The position numbers and the translations under genes are program-made. DNA of 64,000 nucleotides from an uncultured Actinomycetes bacterium (lineage in GTDB: Bacteria > Actinomycetota > Thermoleophilia > Gaiellales > Gaiellaceae): NCBI GenBank assembly GCA_963739065.1, contig CAVTYV010000004.1, positions 193,677 to 257,676 of the forward strand, in the 5' to 3' direction. Below the pieces are notes generated by a model, which saw only the letters and a list, made by a program, of their open reading frames with translations, was not told the origin of the DNA and did not search any database. Shown here piece after piece: positions 47,575 to 56,091 of the stretch (positions are counted from its first letter, which is position 1; each line of letters opens with the position of its first letter).

Positions 47575-48135
47575 TTAGGAGGCGTTCCAGTCGAACTGGA
47601 CGCTCGAGCTGTCGCCCTGGTAGGCATTGGTCGCGCTCGAGTCGAAGGTCACCGCGAACTCATAGCGGTGCTTCTCGCTCGCCACGAACGTGCCGAGAGC
47701 CGTCGAGCCCATCGCTGCGATCGTCCCGGTGTACTTGACCGGGTCGCCGACATCGCAGGTCGGCGCGCCGCTCGAGAAGTCGCCGCAGTCCTTCACGACG
47801 AGGTTGAGCTTGGCCGACATGGGGTTGGCTCCGTCAGAGTCGACGATGCTGGAGCGCGAGAGCACGAAGGCGCCGGAGAGCGAGCCCGAGTTCTGGACGT
47901 CAACCGTGCCAGTCGCCGAGTCGCCGGGCTTCATGTTGCTCGCTGTGAGGACCGCGAGGCCCTCCTTCGAGTTGAGGATCGAGAGCGTCCCGGCCGCGAA
48001 CGTGTTGCTCGGGTTCGCGGAAGTCGCCGTGAAGCTCGCGCTCGATCCGACTGCCACCGCGACTGCCGCGATCAGCGCCGAAAGGGCGCCCAGCGCGCGC
48101 AGCGGATGGCGTGCTACGAAGTCGAACGTGTGCAT
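47575..48135 (-). CDS. TasA/camelysin-like exported protein (186 aa)
   Basis: ATG 48135 is preceded by the SD AAAGGAAG. The signal region ALIAAVAVAVGSSASFTATSANPSNTFAAGTL is of SipW-cognate type. Body motifs are NMKPGDSATGTVDVQNSGSL, YEFAVTF and SSVQFDW. Confidence 0.75.
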   Translation of the reverse strand: MHTFDFVARHPLRALGALSALIAAVAVAVGSSASFTATSANPSNTFAAGTLSILNSKEGLAVLTASNMKPGDSATGTVDVQNSGSLSGAFVLSRSSIVDSDGANPMSAKLNLVVKDCGDFSSGAPTCDVGDPVKYTGTIAAMGSTALGTFVASEKHRYEFAVTFDSSATNAYQGDSSSVQFDWNAS

Positions 48136-48428
48136 TTGACTTCCTTTCTCTGCCGCAGGTTGCCGTTTGCATCCCTGCCGTTTGACAGTCTCGATATCGA
48201 CGGCCGCGGCGAGGCAAGGGCCGGAAGTCGGTAAGAAAACGGTCAGCAACCCCTCAAGAACCCTCATTCGAGGGACGTTTTCGGGGGTCGGCGGCGCGGC
48301 AGCCCTCATTTGGAGCCGCCGCGCCGCTGCCAAACCCTCCTAGCGGTGGATCTGGATGTTTCCGCCTGCGAGCACTGGTCGCCCGAGGCGTAGCCGTTGA
48401 CGGAAGGCTTCGGCCTCCCGGACGTAGA

Positions 48429-50105
48429 ATGAGCACGCCCATGGCCGCCACAGAGGACCGCCGGGAGGCGGACGCGACGGACGAATGGCGCCGCGAGCTC
48501 TACGCCTCCAAGGCCGAGCGCGAGGCGCTCTTTTCGACCGTTTCAGGGCTCGAGAACGAGCCCCTTTACACCCCGGACAACGTCGAGATCGACTACGAGC
48601 GAGACCTCGGCTATCCGGGCGTGTATCCGTACACGCGGGGGGTCTATCCCTCCATGTACCGGGGCCGTCTCTGGACGATGCGTCAGTTCGCGGGCTTCGG
48701 CACCGCAGAGGAGACGAACACCCGCTTCCGCTACCTGCGCGAGCACGGTCAAACCGGCCTCTCGACCGCATTCGACATGCCGACGCTGATGGGCTACGAC
48801 TCCGACCACCCGAAGTCGCTCGGGGAAGTCGGGCGCGAGGGTGTGGCTGTCGACTCGCTCGAGGACATGGAGCAGCTCTTCGCCGGCATCCCGCTCGGCG
48901 AGGTCTCCACCTCGATGACGATCAACGCCCCGGCGGCGATGCTGCTGGCCTTCTACATCTGCGTCGGCGAGGAGCAGGGCGTCACGCGCGACCGGCTCCG
49001 CGGGACGATCCAGACGGACATTCTCAAGGAGTACATCGCGCAGAAGGAGTGGATCTTCCCGCCGGAGCCGTCCATGCGGCTCTGCGTCGACATGATCGAG
49101 TTCTGTGCGCGCGAGGTGCCGCTCTGGCATCCCGTCTCGATCTCCGGCTACCACATCCGCGAGGCGGGCTCGACGGCCGCGCAGGAGCTCGCGTTCACCC
49201 TGGCCGACGGATTCGCGTACGTGGAGGCGGCGATGGAGCGGGGGCTGGGCGTGGACGACTTTGCGCCGCGACTTTCGTTCTTCTTCAACGCGCACATCGA
49301 TTTCTTCGAGGAGATCGCGAAGTACCGCGCGGCCCGACGCATCTGGGCGAAGGAGCTGCGCGAGCGCTACGGCGCCAAGAACCCGCGCTCCTGGCTCATG
49401 CGCTTCCACACGCAGACGGCAGGTGTCTCGCTGACGGCGCAGCAGCCGGAGGTGAACATCGTGCGGACGGCGCTCGAGGCGCTTGCCGCGGTGCTTGGCG
49501 GCACGCAATCCCTGCACACGAACTCCTTCGACGAGGCGCTGGCCCTCCCGACCGAGCATGCGGTCAAGCTCGCCCTTCGCACGCAGCAGGTGATCGCGCA
49601 CGAGACGGGCGTCGTCAACACGATCGACCCGCTCGGCGGCTCGTACTACGTCGAGGAGCTCACCAACCGGCTCGAAGCGGAGGCTTATGACTACTTCGAC
49701 CGCATTCGGGAGCTCGGGGGCGTCGTCGCGGCGATCAAGGAGAACTTCTTCCAGCGTGAGATAGCGGAGGCCTCGTTCCGCTACCAGAGCGAGGTCGAGT
49801 CCGGTCAGCGCGTCGTCGTCGGAGTCAATCGCTACGAGGATCCGAACGAGAAGGAGATCGAGATCCTCTCCATCGACCAGGCGCTCGAGAGCAAGCAGGT
49901 GGAGCGGGTGAAAGCGCTCCGCGCCCGCCGCGACTCGCGAGCTGCGGAGGCCGCTCTCGCCCGCCTGAAGCAGGACGCCGCCTCGGAGGACACGAACCTC
50001 ATGCCCGCGATCGTCGACGCCTCGAAGGCGTACGTGACTATGGGCGAGATGTGCGACGAGCTGAGGGCCGTATGGGGAGTCTGGAGAGAGACACCGGTCT
50101 TCTGA
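48429..50105 (+). CDS. B12-dependent acyl-CoA mutase large (catalytic) subunit, isobutyryl-CoA-mutase-like signature
   Basis: Mutase TIM-barrel motifs are present. [16 protein letters not shown] has Phe where MCM has Tyr, and [16 protein letters not shown] has Gln where MCM has Arg. There is no C-terminal B12-binding domain. The start is ATG 48429 or 48441. Confidence 0.85.
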   Translation: MSTPMAATEDRREADATDEWRRELYASKAEREALFSTVSGLENEPLYTPDNVEIDYERDLGYPGVYPYTRGVYPSMYRGRLWTMRQFAGFGTAEETNTRFRYLREHGQTGLSTAFDMPTLMGYDSDHPKSLGEVGREGVAVDSLEDMEQLFAGIPLGEVSTSMTINAPAAMLLAFYICVGEEQGVTRDRLRGTIQTDILKEYIAQKEWIFPPEPSMRLCVDMIEFCAREVPLWHPVSISGYHIREAGSTAAQELAFTLADGFAYVEAAMERGLGVDDFAPRLSFFFNAHIDFFEEIAKYRAARRIWAKELRERYGAKNPRSWLMRFHTQTAGVSLTAQQPEVNIVRTALEALAAVLGGTQSLHTNSFDEALALPTEHAVKLALRTQQVIAHETGVVNTIDPLGGSYYVEELTNRLEAEAYDYFDRIRELGGVVAAIKENFFQREIAEASFRYQSEVESGQRVVVGVNRYEDPNEKEIEILSIDQALESKQVERVKALRARRDSRAAEAALARLKQDAASEDTNLMPAIVDASKAYVTMGEMCDELRAVWGVWRETPVF

Positions 50106-50402
50106 ATTCCGCAAGGACAAGGGGGTTGGCCGCACGTGGGACGTCGCGGCAGACTCCAACTGCCCTTCCGGCCAGTGGCGGAGGGTGCCTAGGCGGGCGT
50201 AAGGTGGCCCCCGGCGGCGGGGCTGGCCGCGGCCTTCGCCGGGGCGGAGCGCACTCTGTGCCCCTCCGTCGGGCGAGCGGGCAGTCCCGCAGACCAAACG
50301 GGGAGGCCCGCTCGCCCCCTGAAAAGCTCAAGAAACTCGCGAGGGCGGTGCCTAGTGCACGGTCTGCGGCCGCCCCAGATTGGTCGGAGGGCGGTGGCGC
50401 CC

Positions 50403-51458
50403 TTAAAGGGAGGAAATTGGGAGCGGCACGACGCTTGCCGAATCCAGCGCGCCGCCGATTGCTTCCCCTGCGCCGCTTCGGTCGAGCGAGTTCTGGAGGG
50501 CCTCGAGGACGTTGACGACACACGCGCTCTCGCGGGCGCCGGCGATCGGTTCGGCGGTCGATCGTACGACGGCCACGAAGTGCTCGCACTCGAGCCGGAG
50601 CGGCTCCCCAATGGGCAAGCGCGGGCTAACGAGGTCGCCGACGACGTTGTGGGCATCGTTGGTGAGGCCGGCGGAGGCGGGAGTCAGGCGTTCGCACACG
50701 GTGAGCTTGTGCGCCAGCTCGAGGTCGTCAAAGAGAGCCATGCCCGCCGAGCCGACGACTCGCAGCTGGCGCGTTCGCTGAGGCTCCAGCCATGAAAAGT
50801 GCAGATGAGCTTGAATTCCGGTCGCGAACGTGAGCGAACAGAACGCGGCGTCGACGAGGCTCGCATCCCCATAGGAGCCGCCCTGAGCCGACACTGCGAC
50901 CGGCTCGTCGCCGAGGAGGTAGAGGACGGTGGCGACGTCGTGTGGGCCGAGGTCCCAGACGACACTCTCGTCGTGACGGGCCCTGCCCAGACCGAACCGG
51001 TTCCCGAGCAGGTAGTAGATGTCCCCTAGCCGGCCTGCGTCGAGCAGCTCTTTCAGCCGCTGGATCGCGGGGTGGAAGAGGAGAACGTGCCCCGTCATGA
51101 GGCGCCGCCCGTGCCGCGTCGCGCGGTCGACCAGATCGGTGGCGTGCGCTCCGGTGAGGGCGAGCGGCGTCTCGACGAAGACGTGCTTCTCGGCGTCGAT
51201 CGCACGACAGGCGAGCTTGTAGTGCGTCGCCGGAGGGGTGGCGATGACGACGGCGTCGAGGGTCTCGTCGTCGAGAAGCTCGTCGAAGTCGTGAGTCGTC
51301 CGCACGGTCCGGAAGCGAGGCTGGAGGCGGAGAAGGGCAGCAGGGCTCTCATCGCACAACCAGCGCAGCTCTGCCGTCGGCAGCTCATCGAAGGTGCGCA
51401 CGAGCAGCGGTCCCCACTCCCCGAGACCGACGACGCCGACGGTGACAGGCGTCCTCAT
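50403..51458 (-). CDS. Gfo/Idh/MocA family oxidoreductase
   Basis: N-terminal Rossmann motif VGVVGLGEWG, 351 aa. The ATG overlaps the upstream stop (ATGA). The rest of the 672-aa track ORF is shadow. Confidence 0.85.
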   Translation of the reverse strand: MRTPVTVGVVGLGEWGPLLVRTFDELPTAELRWLCDESPAALLRLQPRFRTVRTTHDFDELLDDETLDAVVIATPPATHYKLACRAIDAEKHVFVETPLALTGAHATDLVDRATRHGRRLMTGHVLLFHPAIQRLKELLDAGRLGDIYYLLGNRFGLGRARHDESVVWDLGPHDVATVLYLLGDEPVAVSAQGGSYGDASLVDAAFCSLTFATGIQAHLHFSWLEPQRTRQLRVVGSAGMALFDDLELAHKLTVCERLTPASAGLTNDAHNVVGDLVSPRLPIGEPLRLECEHFVAVVRSTAEPIAGARESACVVNVLEALQNSLDRSGAGEAIGGALDSASVVPLPISSL

Positions 51459-52750
51459 GCTCGGCGGGTCCTCGTCAGGAGGAGGACAGCGAGGAGGACG
51501 AGATCCGTGAGCGTTGCGATCGCGAACGCGACGCTCACGCGCATGAGCTCGTCGCCGGCGAGGCCGAAGTAGAGGCCGACGAAGAGGGCCGCGGACGCGA
51601 CCCACGCCGTCGCTGCAGCCGCGCCGCGGTCGAGAGCGAGCAGCGCCTGCGAAAACGTCGTCGCCGCGAGGTAACAGGCAACGCCGACGCCGAGGAGGAC
51701 GAGCTCCACCCGGCCTGCGGCGAAACTCGACCCGAAGAAGAACTCGAGCGCCTCCGGGCCGGCGACGGCTGCGAACGCAACGATCAGGCCGCCGGCGACG
51801 ACGAGAAAGCCGGCCGTTTGCACAACCGCTCGCTGGAATGCCCGTGGGTCGTCGGCCACATGCATCCGGGTGAGATTCGGGAGTATCGAAGAGGCGAGCC
51901 CCTGAAAGACGAAGACGGGCACCCGCACGAGCATCGTGGCCGCGAAGACGAGCCCCGCAGTTTTCGCCGCGCCGCCCTCGAGCGTGATGAGGAGCGGACT
52001 GCAGTTGACCAGGAGCTGATCCGCCGCTGCAATCAAGGTCGCAGGCCCCGCGAACGCGACGGTCGCGCGCAGGGGGAAGCGCCCACCATCGCCGGGCCTC
52101 AGGAGGGCCCGCAGGCGGTTGCGGCCGACCGTGAGCGGCACGAGCGCGCCGGCGAGGCCCGCAACAGCTACGGCAGCCGCGGCGATGTTCTGCGAGGCAA
52201 CGACGAGGAGCGGTATCGCTATGGCGATGCGCGCGACCCCGTCCGCGACCAGCCCCAGGCCGTAGCCGCTGAACCAGCGTGCCCCCGTCATCGCTCCGCG
52301 CGAGACGTACGCGACGCCGTAGCACGCGATCCCGACCAGGAGCATTCCGAGGAGGACGTCGCTGCCGTCGAAGAGGCGGTCGGCGAGGAAGTCCCATGCG
52401 GATGCCGCGACGGCGACGCAAGCGAGCAGGATGGCCGACCCAACGACCGTGACGGAGCGGAGGACGCTGCGGACCTCCTCTCCGCGGGCCAGCCGCTCAG
52501 CGATCGTGCGCGACGCGGTCTGTTCGAGCGGCCGAAAGGCGACGATGACGACGAGAAACATCGCCGCCCAAAGGACGGCGATCTGTCCATAGCCCTCGGC
52601 GCCGAGGACCCTGGCAGCGAGCACCATGAACGCGTAGATGAGCGTCCCGGAGAGGATCGTGGAGGCCGAGACCACCCAGGCGCCGGCAAGTGCTGGGCGC
52701 CTTTCCTGCGGGGTGCTCGCGGCCTCAAGAGCGACGGCGTGGCTGCTCAT
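51455..52750 (-). CDS. polysaccharide biosynthesis protein / flippase (MOP/Wzx-like)
   Basis: 431-aa multi-TM protein with a flippase-like N-terminal region (SGTLIYAFMVLAARVLGAEGYGQIAVLWA) in an EPS gene context. Confidence 0.7.
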   Translation of the reverse strand: MSSHAVALEAASTPQERRPALAGAWVVSASTILSGTLIYAFMVLAARVLGAEGYGQIAVLWAAMFLVVIVAFRPLEQTASRTIAERLARGEEVRSVLRSVTVVGSAILLACVAVAASAWDFLADRLFDGSDVLLGMLLVGIACYGVAYVSRGAMTGARWFSGYGLGLVADGVARIAIAIPLLVVASQNIAAAAVAVAGLAGALVPLTVGRNRLRALLRPGDGGRFPLRATVAFAGPATLIAAADQLLVNCSPLLITLEGGAAKTAGLVFAATMLVRVPVFVFQGLASSILPNLTRMHVADDPRAFQRAVVQTAGFLVVAGGLIVAFAAVAGPEALEFFFGSSFAAGRVELVLLGVGVACYLAATTFSQALLALDRGAAAATAWVASAALFVGLYFGLAGDELMRVSVAFAIATLTDLVLLAVLLLTRTRRA

Positions 52751-52834
52751 GGTGCTGCTCCATGATCATCCTGCGACGCGTCACCGCGGAATCCCCGGAG
52801 GATCAGGATTCGGGCTCGAGTCCTCGCGGGGGGA

Positions 52835-52850
52835 CCACCCAATCGGTTAG
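52835..52850. promoter_or_regulatory. imperfect palindrome CCACCCAATCGGTTAG shared with 58821-58836
   Basis: It lies in the divergent region between the flippase (-) and GT2 (+) genes. The extended similarity 52826-52855 versus 58813-58841 is about 26 of 32 positions by manual count. Confidence 0.4.
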
Positions 52851-52916
52851 CTGCCTCGTCGCCCGAACGGTTTTCTCTTTCTGGCCTGGAATGGGCGTTC
52901 GGACGTCCATACGCTC

Positions 52917-53780
52917 GTGACTAGTCGGCCGCCCGCCGGGGTGCCGGAAAGGGGAGTGGGGAGAGGAAACGTGGCCTCGATCGCCGTTTCGATTTCGCCG
53001 CCAGAGGCGCTGCTCGATCGTGCCCCGAGCGAGCCGGCGGACTCTCCGCCGAACGTCTTCGTCATCCCCGCCTACAACGAGGAGCAGAACCTGCCTCGGC
53101 TGATCGGGGACCTCGAGTCTCGGCCGTCTCTCTTTCCGGCTGGAAGCCGTATCTTCATCGTCGATGACGGATCCGAGGACGGGACGGCGAACGTCGTGAG
53201 CTCGTACGACGGCGATCTGCCCCTCGAGCTCGTCCGGCTCGACCACAATCAGGGGCCCGGCGCCGCATTCCGCGCCGGCTTCGCTGCGGCGCTGAAGGAC
53301 TGTCCTCAGGAGGCGCGCATCATCACGCTCGAGGCCGATACCACGAGCGACCTGGATGCACTCCCTCGGATGCTGGAGCGTGCAGCGACCGGCGCGGAAC
53401 TCGTTCTCGCTGCCTGGGTCATGCGCAACGTGAGCTATGTCCGGCGGGTCTTGAGCGAGGGCGCCGGCCTCTTCGCGCGGCGCGCTCTCGGTCTCGAGGC
53501 CAAGACGGTTTCCTCGTTCTTCCGCGTCTACCACGCGAGCGTCCTCCGTGAGGGTTTCCGGCAGTACGGCGACGAGCTCATCCAGGAACAGGGCTTCGCC
53601 TGCAAGGCCGAGATCCTCGCCAAGCTCACCCGTCTGGGCGCACGCGTCGCCGAGGTCCCCGTCGACCTGGACACTTCCCGTCGCATCGGCAAGAGCAAGA
53701 TGCCCGTGTTGCGCACGATCCTCGCCTACTGGCGGATGGCCGCACGCGAACGCGTGGCCCGGAGCAGCGCCGAAGCATGA
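52917..53780 (+). CDS. family 2 glycosyltransferase (dolichyl/polyprenyl-phosphate sugar synthase-like)
   Basis: VIPAYNEEQNL and IVDDGSEDGT motifs. The start is uncertain (GTG 52917 or GTG 52971). Confidence 0.8.
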   Translation: MTSRPPAGVPERGVGRGNVASIAVSISPPEALLDRAPSEPADSPPNVFVIPAYNEEQNLPRLIGDLESRPSLFPAGSRIFIVDDGSEDGTANVVSSYDGDLPLELVRLDHNQGPGAAFRAGFAAALKDCPQEARIITLEADTTSDLDALPRMLERAATGAELVLAAWVMRNVSYVRRVLSEGAGLFARRALGLEAKTVSSFFRVYHASVLREGFRQYGDELIQEQGFACKAEILAKLTRLGARVAEVPVDLDTSRRIGKSKMPVLRTILAYWRMAARERVARSSAEA

Positions 53781-55099
53781 CCGGCCCCAAGGTGGGCATC
53801 GTCGGCGGGGGGATCCTCGGGCTGACCGCTGCTCTGCGCCTTGCGCAGGCAGGCACCCGGGTGACGCTCGTCGAGCGCGCGCCCGACCTCGGGGGGCTCG
53901 TCGGCTCCTTCCAGTTCGGCGACCGTAGCGTCGACCGCTTCTACCACGTGATCCTGCCCACGGACGACCGCGTGCGCGGGCTGGCGGAGGAGCTCGGGCT
54001 CGGCGATCGGTTCCGCTTCAGACCGACGAAGGTCGGCTTCTACGGCGATGGACGTGTCTTCTCGATGACGTCTCCGCGGGAGTTCCTCACCTTCCCGCTT
54101 CTTCGCCCTCGCGACCGCGTGCGTCTGGCCGCGTTCGTCGCGCGTTGCCAGCTGACCTCCGACTATTCGGAGCTCGACGACCTGCCGCTCCTCGAGTGGC
54201 TCGAGCGGCGAAGCGGGAAGGCCGTCGTCGAGCGGCTCTGGCGTCCGCTGCTCGATTCGAAGTTCGACGGTCGGTACGACGATCTGCCGGCCACCTACAT
54301 CTGGGCCCGAACCCGGCGCATGGGGGGAACTCGGGATCGTTCGGGACGCGAGGTGATGGGCTGGCTCGAGGGCGGCTACCAGACGCTTGTCGATGCGCTG
54401 GAGGCCCGCATCCGCGCCCTTGGGGGCGAGATCCACGCCGGAACGGCCGTCGAGCAGATCGCAGGGTCACAGCAGCGCGTCACGGGTCTCGTCATCGAAG
54501 GGCGCCACCGGCACTTCGACTCCGTGCTCTGCACGCTCGCGCCGCCGCAGGCCCGGCAGCTCCTCTCGCCGGAGCTCGCGGCCTCCGCGCCCGAGGATCA
54601 TTGCCGCTACCTGGGGGTCGTCTGCCTCCTCCTGCGGGTCAAGCGCAGCGTTAGTCCCTACTACCACTTGAACCTCACGGATCGGCGAGTGCCGCTGACG
54701 ACGATCGTCGAGACGACGCACGTGGTCGATCCCGACTACGTCGGCGGCTCGCTGCTCTACGTCTCCAAGTACGTCGACCCCTCGCACGCAGACCACGAGC
54801 GGCCGCTCGACGACGTCAGGCGCGACTACCTCGCGCATGCGCGAACGATCTTTCCGGACCTGCGCGACGACGAGATCGTCGATTCGATCGTGCAGCGCGC
54901 GCGGATCACCGAGCCGGTCCACCTTCTCGGCGGCGCGAAGCGCCTGCCCGACATGTTCCCGCTCCCGAACCTGGCGCTCGCCTCGACAGCGCACGTCTAT
55001 CCGGAGATCGTCAGCGGCCAAGCCGTGATCGGGGTGGCGGACCGCGTCGTGCCGGGAATCCTCGAGCGCCTCCCGGGCGAGACGAGGGCGGCCGCGTGA
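53777..55099 (+). CDS. NAD(P)/FAD-dependent oxidoreductase (amine-oxidase/phytoene-desaturase-like)
   Basis: N-terminal VGIVGGGILGLTAALRL...VTLVERAPDLGG dinucleotide fold. 440 aa. It overlaps both neighbours by 4 nt. Confidence 0.75.
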   Translation: MTGPKVGIVGGGILGLTAALRLAQAGTRVTLVERAPDLGGLVGSFQFGDRSVDRFYHVILPTDDRVRGLAEELGLGDRFRFRPTKVGFYGDGRVFSMTSPREFLTFPLLRPRDRVRLAAFVARCQLTSDYSELDDLPLLEWLERRSGKAVVERLWRPLLDSKFDGRYDDLPATYIWARTRRMGGTRDRSGREVMGWLEGGYQTLVDALEARIRALGGEIHAGTAVEQIAGSQQRVTGLVIEGRHRHFDSVLCTLAPPQARQLLSPELAASAPEDHCRYLGVVCLLLRVKRSVSPYYHLNLTDRRVPLTTIVETTHVVDPDYVGGSLLYVSKYVDPSHADHERPLDDVRRDYLAHARTIFPDLRDDEIVDSIVQRARITEPVHLLGGAKRLPDMFPLPNLALASTAHVYPEIVSGQAVIGVADRVVPGILERLPGETRAAA

Positions 55100-56085
55100 A
55101 ACGAGTCGGGGTCACGGGCGCTGCCGGCTTCATAGGCTCGCACCTGTGCGAGCGGCTGCTGAACGAAGGCCTCGAGGTCGTCGGAGTGGACGATCTCTCG
55201 TACGGGTCCGTTTCGAATCTCGCTCAATGTCTCGATTCGCCGCGTTTCCGGTTCGAGGTCCTCGACTGCACGAACCGGCTCGCACTCCAATCGGCCTTCG
55301 AGGGCTGCGACGCGATCGCCCATCTGGCTGCGAAGAAGATCCCGCGCTTTGGCGGCACGCTCTCGACGCTCGAGGTGAACGTGGGGGGCGTCAATGCGGC
55401 CTGCGCGGTCGCCCTCGCGCTTGATGCGGATCTCATCGTCACGTCCACGTCGGACGTGTACGGCGACGGCAAGCCGCCCTATGCCGAGGACGACTCGCTC
55501 GTCATCGGTCCGCCGACCACGAAGCGGTGGGCGTACGCGGTCTCGAAGATGTACGACGAGCACGTCGCGCTTGCGCTCGCCGAGGAACGCGACCTCCGCG
55601 TGACCATCCTCCGACTTTTCAACGCCTACGGACCTCAGAATCACCTCAGTTGGTGGGGAGGACCGACGGTCACCTTCATCGAGGCGCTCCTCGACGGAAA
55701 GCAGATGGAGATTCACGGCGACGGGCACCAGACGCGGACGTTCACGTATGTCACGGACACGGTCGACGGTTTCGTGCGTGCCCTCGTGACGCCGACGTCC
55801 AGGGGGGAGGTCCTGAACGTGGGCGGCACGGACACCGTCACCATCGTCGAGCTCGCCGAGCGGATTCAGCAGCAGCTCGGAATTCCAGCGCCGCTCCGCG
55901 CGCAGTTCATCCCCTACGAGCAGCTGCCCGGCAAGTACCAGGACGTCAGGGACCGCATCCCGGACACGGCGAAGTCGCGGCGGATCCTCGGGTTCGAAGC
56001 GAGCGTGACCCTCGACGACGGGCTGGCGCGCACGATCGAGTGGCATCGGGGCCTGCGGTCGGCAGGCGTTGCCGGCGCGCTGTAA
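55096..56085 (+). CDS. NAD-dependent epimerase/dehydratase (extended SDR)
   Basis: VTGAAGFIGSHL and the YAVSK catalytic motif. 329 aa. Confidence 0.85.
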   Translation: MKRVGVTGAAGFIGSHLCERLLNEGLEVVGVDDLSYGSVSNLAQCLDSPRFRFEVLDCTNRLALQSAFEGCDAIAHLAAKKIPRFGGTLSTLEVNVGGVNAACAVALALDADLIVTSTSDVYGDGKPPYAEDDSLVIGPPTTKRWAYAVSKMYDEHVALALAEERDLRVTILRLFNAYGPQNHLSWWGGPTVTFIEALLDGKQMEIHGDGHQTRTFTYVTDTVDGFVRALVTPTSRGEVLNVGGTDTVTIVELAERIQQQLGIPAPLRAQFIPYEQLPGKYQDVRDRIPDTAKSRRILGFEASVTLDDGLARTIEWHRGLRSAGVAGAL

Positions 56086-56091
56086 GAGGAG

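Noticed and set aside
48289-48329. 10-bp GC hairpin (GCGGCGCGGC ... GCCGCGCCGC) as a terminator or riboswitch upstream of the mutase gene
   Set aside because: It lies in a divergent promoter region where no transcript needs terminating. It has no U-tract and no recognisable riboswitch core. It is possibly a protein-binding or 5' UTR structure, but that is unsupported.
50106-50402. Known RNA families for the structured intergenic region: cobalamin riboswitch, SRP RNA, tmRNA, RNase P, 6S
   Set aside because: - Cobalamin riboswitch: the minus strand has GCCACUGG...GGAAGGGC, reminiscent of the B12 core. However, the B12 box and GGUGCC/AGGGAA elements are not arranged correctly, and no gene lies downstream on that strand.
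- SRP RNA: the GGAA loop lacks the invariant AGCA.
- tmRNA: there is no CCA-end or tag frame.
- RNase P: there is no GAGGAAAGUCC.
- 6S RNA cannot be judged by eye, so the region is left as an unassigned candidate.
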